The translations under genes were made by a program, and so were the position numbers. Below, piece by piece: positions 45,339-52,778 of a stretch of DNA of 64,000 nucleotides (within the stretch, counting starts at the first letter, position 1; each line of letters starts with the position of its first letter). The DNA is from Candidatus Omnitrophota bacterium (GTDB taxonomy: Bacteria > Omnitrophota > Gorgyraeia > Zapsychrales > JANLHA01): the NCBI GenBank assembly GCA_020632555.1, contig JACKFI010000008.1:638-64637 (forward strand), given 5' to 3'. The notes below the pieces were generated by a model that was not told the origin of the DNA, searched no databases, and saw only the letters and a list, made by a program, of their open reading frames with translations.

Positions 45339-46897
45339 ATGTTGTGAAGTGTAACATTGGCCCAGAGCTGTGTCAATATCGACGGGTTTAAATTTTCTTT
45401 CTCGTAAATTCTAAAGAATGATTCTGCAACTTTTTCAAGAAACAATTCTCCATTATGCCAATCTTCACTGATTCTTTGCCCGCGGTATTCTAATTGATAG
45501 TGTGTTTTGATATAGGAAGAGAAAGCGCCTGATTGATCATAGGTGTAGAGTCCTGTCGAGGTAATGTAAATAGGGATATTGGCGGCAAGGTGATTGTCTA
45601 AAATTTCCTTAAAGCTGTTTAAGTCTTCTTTTCTATAAGGGCCCATGTTTTTAGGGCGGCCCAGAGTTTGGCGCTGACCGTAATAGTTGAAGAATGCTTC
45701 ATCATCACCGCTGATGATCATGGCATTGGGTTCGGTGTGATTTTTAACATAATGGGCCCAATCGGGCAAAAGAGCGTGAGTGTGGCGGAACAAAAGGATA
45801 GAGAAAATATTCGTTACATTAGGCAGAAGGATCATAAGAACACAAATCATTGTGAGATTTAATTTCACTATAAATTTTCTAGTGCACAATAATCTGTCGA
45901 TACCATAACCAAATGCCAAGCACAGCGGTGGAATTGAGATTAAGAAAAATCTTGGAACAGAGGTCAGGAGATTGCCGTAGAACAGCAGGGGGATGCTAAA
46001 CCATGCTGTGACCAAAATAGCTAAAGGTGGTTTTTCTTTAAGCATTTTAGTGAAGCCAAGCCACGCGACGAGCATGCTGGATAATGTTGTGCTAAAGCCG
46101 ATGATTTTAAGGCTGCGCATCAAGTAGGGTGAAAAAAGTCCAAGGAAATTTTTTGTTAATCCAATGGTCCAAAATATTCTAAATTGCGATGAGTATTGTA
46201 AATAGGTGCTGTTTAATAAATAAGGAATGTGGAATAAGCCGGCGATTAAAAGTGCGCCACTGATACAAAGTGTCAAGGAAAAAACCCTTCGTCCAAAAAC
46301 AGGAATGGTATTCTTATGCCAATAGATCCAGAAAATGCTGATAGGTAAAATCATGAGAACCATATCCTGTAGTCGGGCGGCACCCATTAAGCCGAAGAAG
46401 ACAGTGAATAATAATTGCGAGAATCTTAGTTTTGAAGAGGTGAGAGCATAAAGACTGCAAAGAAGAAAGAAAATACTGACGGTGTGACTGTTTCCATAAA
46501 CAGAAAGGCTTAAGAAAATAGGGTGTAATGAAAAAAGCAAAGCGCTAAAAAAAGCGGCGCGGGTATTGAAAAGATTTTCGACCAGTAAATATAAAATCAA
46601 AACTGATAATGAGCTAAATATTACGCTCATCAGATTAACGGCAAAAACAGGATCATAGAGAGCAAATAGGTGTGATAGGCCAATAAAAAAAGATCCAGTT
46701 AAAACAGTTAGTGGATACCCTGTTCCAAATTGATAATGCAATTGATGATTAGCTAGTGTTTGTTGCGCATTGATGGCTAAGGTTAAGCAGTCGACATGAT
46801 AAGGACCTTTGCTGATGAGAGCTAATCGCAGTAAAAGATTAAAAAAAAGAAGCAAGCTGGGGATGATCCAGCGATGGAGATGAAAATGACTTTTCAT
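45335..46897 (-). CDS. GT-C-like polytopic membrane protein (PMT_2/DUF2723-like) with C-terminal soluble domain
   Basis: 520 aa with more than 10 TM helices. The start codon is 16 nt downstream of tRNA-Leu, with a pyrimidine-only leader (no SD). The stop overlaps the next gene start. Confidence 0.55.
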   Translation of the reverse strand: MKSHFHLHRWIIPSLLLFFNLLLRLALISKGPYHVDCLTLAINAQQTLANHQLHYQFGTGYPLTVLTGSFFIGLSHLFALYDPVFAVNLMSVIFSSLSVLILYLLVENLFNTRAAFFSALLFSLHPIFLSLSVYGNSHTVSIFFLLCSLYALTSSKLRFSQLLFTVFFGLMGAARLQDMVLMILPISIFWIYWHKNTIPVFGRRVFSLTLCISGALLIAGLFHIPYLLNSTYLQYSSQFRIFWTIGLTKNFLGLFSPYLMRSLKIIGFSTTLSSMLVAWLGFTKMLKEKPPLAILVTAWFSIPLLFYGNLLTSVPRFFLISIPPLCLAFGYGIDRLLCTRKFIVKLNLTMICVLMILLPNVTNIFSILLFRHTHALLPDWAHYVKNHTEPNAMIISGDDEAFFNYYGQRQTLGRPKNMGPYRKEDLNSFKEILDNHLAANIPIYITSTGLYTYDQSGAFSSYIKTHYQLEYRGQRISEDWHNGELFLEKVAESFFRIYEKENLNPSILTQLWANVTLHNI

Positions 46898-46913
46898 GAG
46901 AGGAAAAGAAAAG

Positions 46914-46997
46914 TGCTGGAGGAGGGAATCGAACCCTCACCAAGTTGCCCTGACTGGTTTTTGAGACCAGCGCGTATACCAGTTCCGCCACTCCAGC
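46914..46997 (-). tRNA. tRNA-Leu (anticodon CAA)
   Basis: Reverse complement GCTGGAGTGGCGGAACTGGTATACGCGCTGGTCTCAAAACCAG...GGTTCGATTCCCTCCTCCAGCA. Anticodon loop CT-CAA-AA. Long variable arm. T-loop GGTTCGATTCC. No encoded CCA. Confidence 0.9.
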
Positions 46998-47035
46998 AAT
47001 AATTTTGTAGAAATCAGAGAATATTTAAGAACAAC

Positions 47036-47300
47036 CAGCTTGCTCTGCGAAGCTCAAACCTGTATTCATTTCGCAAGTTGTAGAGCATACTCTGCGAGGC
47101 ATAAATTTGTAATTATTTCGCGAGTTGCAGAGCTTGCTCAGCGAAGCTCAAATCTGTAATCATTTCGCAAGTTGTAGAGCATACTCTGCGAGGCATAAAT
47201 TTGTAACTATTTCGCGAGTTGCAGAGCTGGCTCTGCGAAGTACAAATTTGTAATTATTTCGCCAGTTGCAGAGCTTGCTCTGCGAAGCTCAAACGTGAAA
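47036..47300. repeat. 47-bp tandem repeat (5.5 copies; 94-bp higher-order period) between the two tRNA genes
   Basis: Units start at 47068, 47115, 47162, 47209 and 47256, with a partial unit from ~47036. Two alternating unit types. Each contains a 6-bp-stem hairpin (GCAGAG-CTTG-CTCTGC or GTAGAG-CATA-CTCTGC). Confidence 0.9.
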
Positions 47301-47319
47301 ACTTTTGAGCGAAGCAGAG

Positions 47320-47392
<73 letters not shown>

Positions 47393-47407
47393 AAATTACC
47401 TTATATT

Positions 47408-47570
47408 TACAAAACTTACTTAGAAGAATTTGGGGCTAGTACTTGCTTACAAAGGTGTTTTCTTGAATCAGCAAGTGCAGCCCTCCAAAAACAAATCTAT
47501 CTACAAAACTTACTTAGAAGAATTTGGGGCTAGTACTTGCTTACAACAGTATTTTTAGAATCAGCAAGCA
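47408..47570. repeat. Two direct copies (~69 bp, 94 bp apart) of a hairpin-containing element next to tRNA-Ala
   Basis: TACAAAACTTACTTAGAAGAATTTGGGGCTAGTACTTGCTTACAA occurs at 47408 and again, identical, at 47502. Each continues into the partner arm ...GAATCAGCAAG (ACTTGCT / AGCAAGT 7-bp stem). Confidence 0.85.
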
Positions 47571-47697
47571 ACACTCACAGAAAACAAATAGACCTACAAA
47601 TCCCCAAAAATATTTCCCAATGATAGCATCGGGTTTATCTTTTGTCAACGAAGGGTTAATTCTTTGATTTCATATGTAAACCAATAATTTTGGTAAG

Positions 47698-47726
47698 TTG
47701 ACAATAGATTGGCAGGATAGTAAGAT
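47698..47726 (+). promoter_or_regulatory. Sigma70-type promoter for nifS
   Basis: -35 TTGACA (47698-47703), 17-nt spacer, -10 TAAGAT (47721-47726), ~30 nt upstream of ATG 47758. Confidence 0.45.
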
Positions 47727-47757
47727 GGTTTTTATTTTGATCAGAGAAAAGAGAGTT

Positions 47758-48897
47758 ATGAAAAAAACATATTTTGATTATGCTTCTACGACACCAGTTG
47801 ACGCGCGCGTGGTCAGCGCGATGTTGCCATTTTTTACAGAGAAGTTTGGCAATGCTTCTTCAGCGCATAGTTTTGGTTTTGCAGCGCAAAAAGCACTGGA
47901 AGATAGTCGTGAAACTATAGCAAAGTTTTTGGGTGCGCGGCGGGAAGAGATTGTGTTTACTTCCGGCGGGACGGAAGCAAATAATTTAGCATTGATGGGT
48001 TTGGCGCATCGTTTGAAAGATAAGGGAAATCATATTATTGTTTCAGCTATCGAACATCCTTCCGTTTTAGAGACAGCACGCTATTTAGAGAAGCAAGGTT
48101 TTCAGGTGACCTATTTGAATGTTAATGCGCAAGGGCAGATTGCATTGGATCAGTTGCGGTCGGCTCTTTCGGATCAAACGATTCTTGTTTCAGTGATGCA
48201 TGCAAGTAATGAGATCGGGACGGTAGAACCGATAGCCGAGATTGGACGGATAACCAGAGAACGAAAAATTATTTTTCATGTGGATGCTGTTCAAACGGCC
48301 GGACACTTGCCTATCGATGTACAAGCTTTGAATGTGGATTTATTGTCATTGTCTGCGCATAAATTCTATGGGCCCAAAGGGGTGGGAGCTTTGTATGTTC
48401 GTAAAGGTGTGCATTTGGACAGTTGCCTTTTGGGTGGAGATCAAGAGCAAGGTTTACGTGCGTCGACACAAAATGTTGCTGGAGCCGTTGGTTTGGCTAA
48501 AGCGATCGATTTAGCTGCACAGACAATGGTGGATGAAGCGGTGAGGCAAAGCGCGTTGCGAGATTTTCTTATTGCTGAGGTTTTAAAGAATATTGATGGC
48601 GCGCGGCTTAATGGTCATGCTCAAGAGCGTTTGCCAAATAATGCTCATTTTGTTTTTGAAAAGATCAAGGGTGAAGCTTTGTTGATGAATTTGGATCGGG
48701 TTGGCATTGCGGCATCGATGGGATCAGCTTGTAAAGCGGGTTTAATGGAGCCTTCGCATGTTTTGCGAGCGATTGGTGTTTCAGATGATTTGGCGGCAGG
48801 AGCTTTGCGCATATCTTTGGGACGATCAACGACGAGAACTGAAATTGATGATTTACTTGAGAAATTGATTGCTGCGGTTAAGAGGTTGAGAGCTTGA
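47758..48897 (+). CDS. nifS: Cysteine desulfurase (NifS/IscS class)
   Basis: The ORF track opens at 47698. MKKTYFDYASTTP starts at ATG 47758. PLP-lysine block SLSAHKFYGPKG, catalytic Cys loop MGSACKAG. Confidence 0.9.
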   Translation: MKKTYFDYASTTPVDARVVSAMLPFFTEKFGNASSAHSFGFAAQKALEDSRETIAKFLGARREEIVFTSGGTEANNLALMGLAHRLKDKGNHIIVSAIEHPSVLETARYLEKQGFQVTYLNVNAQGQIALDQLRSALSDQTILVSVMHASNEIGTVEPIAEIGRITRERKIIFHVDAVQTAGHLPIDVQALNVDLLSLSAHKFYGPKGVGALYVRKGVHLDSCLLGGDQEQGLRASTQNVAGAVGLAKAIDLAAQTMVDEAVRQSALRDFLIAEVLKNIDGARLNGHAQERLPNNAHFVFEKIKGEALLMNLDRVGIAASMGSACKAGLMEPSHVLRAIGVSDDLAAGALRISLGRSTTRTEIDDLLEKLIAAVKRLRA

Positions 48898-48902
48898 CAG
48901 GA

Positions 48903-49027
48903 AGCTATTTAGGGAAACTTCTGCCGCTCAGACAGTCCTCGCATCAGTCGCTTACTCAGAATTCAAAAGACTAACAGGTAACCGACTGGGCTGCGGAACT
49001 GGCGTGGAGAAGTTCCCCTAAACAGCT
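48903..49027. repeat. Long-hairpin element A (125 bp; ~20-bp terminal inverted repeats) between nifS and birA
   Basis: AGCTATTTAGGGAAACTTCT (48903-48922) pairs with AGAAGTTCCCCTAAACAGCT (49008-49027), 18/20. Internal stem CAGTCG/CGACTG. The termini resemble those of element B. Confidence 0.7.
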
Positions 49028-49059
49028 TAATCGTTTTTCTATATTACAAGAGAGGTTGT

Positions 49060-50022
49060 ATGCAGGAGCGGATTATTCATTTACTAAGAAAAAGTTCGGG
49101 CTATGTTTCAGGAGAAGAGATTAGCCGTGATTTAAATATCAGCCGAGCTGGAATTTGGAAATACATCGAAGACTTTCGTCGGCAAGGTTATGATATCGAT
49201 GCTATATCTCGTCGAGGATATCGCATAAAAACTTCTCCGGATAAGCTTTTGCCATGGGAAGTCAAATGCAATCTGGGGACGAAAACAATGGGTCGTGAAA
49301 TTGTTTATCGGGATACGATGACCTCGACTATGGATGAAGCTGTCACTTTGGGTTTGGTTGGTGCAGTGGCTGGAACTGTTGTTTGCGCAGAATCCCAAAG
49401 CAAAGGGCGTGGGCGTTTGGGGCGACCGTGGGTTTCGGTTTCGGGAAAAGGGATTTATGCGTCGGTGATCTTGCGTCCTAAGACGTCATTAAATGAAGTT
49501 GCGCGGTTGACCTTGGTGTCGGCAGTCGCGATTTGTGAAGCAATACGAACAGTGTCGGGTTTGGACGCGCGCATCAAGTGGCCAAATGATATTTTGATTG
49601 GTGGGAAAAAAGTCGTCGGAATTTTGACAGAATTAAATGCAGAAATGGATCAGGTTCGGTTTGTTGTCGTCGGGTTTGGAGTCAATGTGAATATGCTGGC
49701 ATCCCAGTTGCCAGAGCAAGCGACATCTTTAAAGATTGAAGCTGGGCAAGAATTTTCTCGTATTGGTGTTTTTCAGGAAATTTTGCGTTCGTTTGAAAAA
49801 TGGTCAAATATTTTTGAACAACAAGGGTTTGCTGTGATTCGGCAATATTGGAAAGACCTTTCGTGGACTTTAGGACAATCAGTTAAGTTTATTGAGCCGT
49901 CAGGCGAAGTTGTCGGACTAGCATTTGATTTGGACATTGATGGAAGTTTATTGTTGCGAACAGCTGCGGGAGAAGTGATTAAAAAACATTCGGGAGAGGC
50001 GCTGCATTTAAGTACGAGTTGA
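49060..50022 (+). CDS. birA: Bifunctional biotin-[acetyl-CoA-carboxylase] ligase / biotin operon repressor
   Basis: 320 aa. N-terminal wHTH LLRKSSGYVSGEEISRDLNISRAGIWKYIEDFRRQGYDI. Ligase core ESQSKGRGRLGRPW and KWPNDILIGGKKVVGILTE. Confidence 0.9.
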   Translation: MQERIIHLLRKSSGYVSGEEISRDLNISRAGIWKYIEDFRRQGYDIDAISRRGYRIKTSPDKLLPWEVKCNLGTKTMGREIVYRDTMTSTMDEAVTLGLVGAVAGTVVCAESQSKGRGRLGRPWVSVSGKGIYASVILRPKTSLNEVARLTLVSAVAICEAIRTVSGLDARIKWPNDILIGGKKVVGILTELNAEMDQVRFVVVGFGVNVNMLASQLPEQATSLKIEAGQEFSRIGVFQEILRSFEKWSNIFEQQGFAVIRQYWKDLSWTLGQSVKFIEPSGEVVGLAFDLDIDGSLLLRTAAGEVIKKHSGEALHLSTS

Positions 50023-50023
50023 T

Positions 50024-51199
50024 ATGAAAATGAAAGCATTCTTAGATGAGACTTTGGATCAATTGGCTGATCGGGATTTGTTACGTCAGATGCGCACGAT
50101 CGACGGCAGCCAAAGCCGTCAGCTGCGTATTGATGGGCGGGATGTTCTGAACTTTTGTTCGAATAATTATTTGGGTTTGGCTGATGATGCCCGATTGACG
50201 CAAGCCGCGATGGAAAGTTTGCGTATTGATGGGTTTGGTTGTGGTGCGTCGCGTTTGGTTTGCGGGAATATGTCCAGCCATGCTCGCCTGGAAAAGGCAA
50301 TGGCTGAGTTTAAAGCAACCGAGAGCTGCGTATTGTTTAATAGCGGTTATACTGCAAATATTGGCATTATTTCTTCTCTGCTGGGTCGCGGCGATATGAT
50401 TTTTAGTGATAAGTTAAATCACGCATCGATTATCGACGGTATCCTTTTGAGCGGAGCTCAATACAAGCGTTACGCTCATGCCAATATGGGCTCATTGGAG
50501 GCTTTGCTTAAAGCTGCTGCGCCTTTGAGCAAAAAGTTGATTGTGACCGATAGTGTTTTTAGTATGGACGGGGATATCGCGCCATTGCCGGAGATTGTTG
50601 CTTTGGCTAAGAAATATGATTGCGCGATTATGGTCGATGAAGCACATGCTTTGGGTGTGTTAGGTCAGCACGGCAAAGGGGCGGTTGAGCATTTTGGTCT
50701 TGAGGGACAGATCGATATTCAGATGGGGACGTTTTCTAAGGCGGTGGGAAGTTTTGGCGCGTATTGCTGTGGTTCAAAACAGTTAGTGGAATTTCTTCGT
50801 AATAAAGCACGGAGTTTTATTTATACAACGGGCTTGCCGCCGTCGGTTGCCGCTGCGTCTTTGCGGGGACTTGAAATTATTGTGCAGCAACCAGAGCGGC
50901 GTAAAGAACTTTTGGCGAAAACACAATTTGTGTCACAGGCCTTAAATCATTTGGGATTTGATACTTTAAATACGCAAACACCGATCATCCCCATTGTGGT
51001 GAAAGATACAGCATTGAGTCTGAGTTTTTCACGAAAACTTTTTGAAGCCGGGATTTTTGTCTCGGCGATTCGGCCGCCAACGGTTCCAGCCAATACGGCA
51101 CGTTTGCGAGTGACTGTTATGGCAATACATACTCAGCAAGATTTGGAATTACTGTTAAAACATGTTGAACGGATTGGGAAAGAATTATGCCTGATTTAA
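50024..51199 (+). CDS. bioF: 8-amino-7-oxononanoate synthase
   Basis: 391 aa. NNYLGLA, MVDEAHALGVLG and PLP-lysine GTFSKAVGSFG. Sits in the biotin operon. Confidence 0.85.
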   Translation: MKMKAFLDETLDQLADRDLLRQMRTIDGSQSRQLRIDGRDVLNFCSNNYLGLADDARLTQAAMESLRIDGFGCGASRLVCGNMSSHARLEKAMAEFKATESCVLFNSGYTANIGIISSLLGRGDMIFSDKLNHASIIDGILLSGAQYKRYAHANMGSLEALLKAAAPLSKKLIVTDSVFSMDGDIAPLPEIVALAKKYDCAIMVDEAHALGVLGQHGKGAVEHFGLEGQIDIQMGTFSKAVGSFGAYCCGSKQLVEFLRNKARSFIYTTGLPPSVAAASLRGLEIIVQQPERRKELLAKTQFVSQALNHLGFDTLNTQTPIIPIVVKDTALSLSFSRKLFEAGIFVSAIRPPTVPANTARLRVTVMAIHTQQDLELLLKHVERIGKELCLI

Positions 51200-51996
51200 T
51201 AACACCGCGGGGTTTACATTGGCATTATGAAATCACTGGACAAGGACCGACATTACTTTTTTTGCATGGGTTTGGTGTTAATCATCGTATTTGGCGCCAG
51301 CAGAGCAAGTATTTTTCAGAACATTATCAAGTGATTGCTCTGGATCTTCCTGGACATGGTCAAAGCGATTGGCAAGAAGTCACATTGCAGTGTATGGCCC
51401 AGGACGTGGAGTTTTTGTTGCAACACTTAAATTGCAGTGAGGTTGGTATCATTGCCAGTTCATTCGGAGGTTTGGTGGCTTTAAAACTTTTTGAACTGAA
51501 TAAAGGACGCGTGAAGTTTTTTGTTTTTGCTGGTTCACAGCCAAAATTTTGTCGATCGCCCGATTATCCTTTTGGTTTAGAAGCACAGCGGATTCATAAA
51601 TTAGCCAATCAGTTAAATAGTGATTATCCGTCGATGGTACATATATTTTTTCGTTCGCTTTTCACGCGTCAAGAACGAGCAACACGGCGGTTCAGATGGA
51701 TACAGACCTTTAAGAAATTTGAGGATGTTCCTAGCCAGGCCGCATTGCTCAATGTGTTAAAGATTCTGGAACAGGCTGATTTGCGAACTGTTTTTTATGC
51801 ATTGCAGTTGCCGGTTTTGTTTGTCAACGGAACAGAAGATTATATTTGTCAGCGTGATTTTTATGAAGGGTTAGAACAAAAAATGACATCAGCACGATTT
51901 CATTGGTTTGAGCGCTGTGGTCATTTTCCTTTTTTGAGTCAACCCCATGAATTTAATCGCGCCGTGGAAAAGTTCTTAGAAAGTTGCGAGATATGA
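51187..51996 (+). CDS. Alpha/beta hydrolase, BioH-like pimeloyl-ACP methyl ester esterase candidate
   Basis: 269 aa. LLFLHGFG, nucleophile elbow IIASSFGGLVA, C-terminal CGHFPFLSQP. Lies between bioF and bioC and overlaps bioF by 13 nt. Confidence 0.6.
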   Translation: MPDLITPRGLHWHYEITGQGPTLLFLHGFGVNHRIWRQQSKYFSEHYQVIALDLPGHGQSDWQEVTLQCMAQDVEFLLQHLNCSEVGIIASSFGGLVALKLFELNKGRVKFFVFAGSQPKFCRSPDYPFGLEAQRIHKLANQLNSDYPSMVHIFFRSLFTRQERATRRFRWIQTFKKFEDVPSQAALLNVLKILEQADLRTVFYALQLPVLFVNGTEDYICQRDFYEGLEQKMTSARFHWFERCGHFPFLSQPHEFNRAVEKFLESCEI

Positions 51997-52778
51997 TTTT
52001 GAAAACATTGAATCAACAGATTCGTCGAGCATTTTCCAATTCAGCCGTTCATTATGAAGTTCTGGCTGGGATGCAGTATGAAATTGGACGAGATTTGATC
52101 AAAACATTGGAGTGGAGCGAGGATTGCCAGCGCATTCTCGACGTTGGCATGGGAACGGGCAAGTTGACTAATCGTTTGAGTCATTTATGCCCCGGAGCTA
52201 AAATTTTTGGATTAGACTTTGCTCAAGGCATGGTCATGCAAGCCGCAGAAAAATATGAAACTTTTTTACCGTTGCAAGCTGATGCGAGCCATCTTCCTTT
52301 TACCAATGAAAGTTTTGACGCAGTTTTTTCCAATTTAGCGTATCAATGGGTAGATAATTTGCCAGGCGCATTCACAGAAGCTAGACGGGTTCTAAAAAAA
52401 GACGGAAAGTTTTGTGCTACATTATTTGGTCGTCAGACATTGGATGAATTCTTTCAGGCTTTAGCGAGTGTTGAGAGTTTCAGTCAAAAAAGAACTCATT
52501 TGCAAAGATTGCCGGATCAAGCAGCAGTGCGTGAGGCATTGAAGGTAGCGGGTTTTAAGGATTTGACAATCAAGACGGAGATTATCAAAACGCATTTTGA
52601 TGATTTGCAAAGTTTGTTGCAATGGTTAAAGTTAATTGGGGCAAATCGGTTAAACCGTGATGTTTATTTGGGCCCGCGATGTTTAAGAGAGGCTTCAGAT
52701 TATTATGAAAAAGAATTTAAAGGGCGCTGGGGCGTGGTGGCGTCTTTTGAAGTGATTTGGGTGAAAGGGAAAAAATGA
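51993..52778 (+). CDS. bioC: Malonyl-ACP O-methyltransferase
   Basis: ATG 51993 overlaps the upstream stop (ATGA). SAM motif ILDVGMGTGKLT. FDAVFSNLAYQW. Operon context. Confidence 0.7.
   Translation: MILKTLNQQIRRAFSNSAVHYEVLAGMQYEIGRDLIKTLEWSEDCQRILDVGMGTGKLTNRLSHLCPGAKIFGLDFAQGMVMQAAEKYETFLPLQADASHLPFTNESFDAVFSNLAYQWVDNLPGAFTEARRVLKKDGKFCATLFGRQTLDEFFQALASVESFSQKRTHLQRLPDQAAVREALKVAGFKDLTIKTEIIKTHFDDLQSLLQWLKLIGANRLNRDVYLGPRCLREASDYYEKEFKGRWGVVASFEVIWVKGKK

Noticed and set aside
47036-47300. Possible CRISPR array (regularly spaced short repeats with hairpins)
   Set aside because: The whole 47-bp unit is repeated, including what would be the spacer. There are no unique spacers and no cas genes in the window. 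It is a plain tandem repeat.
49773-50300. 175-aa minus-strand ORF spanning the birA/bioF junction
   Set aside because: It lies antisense to two well-supported genes. The His/Pro/Asn-rich composition is typical of a reverse-frame artefact.
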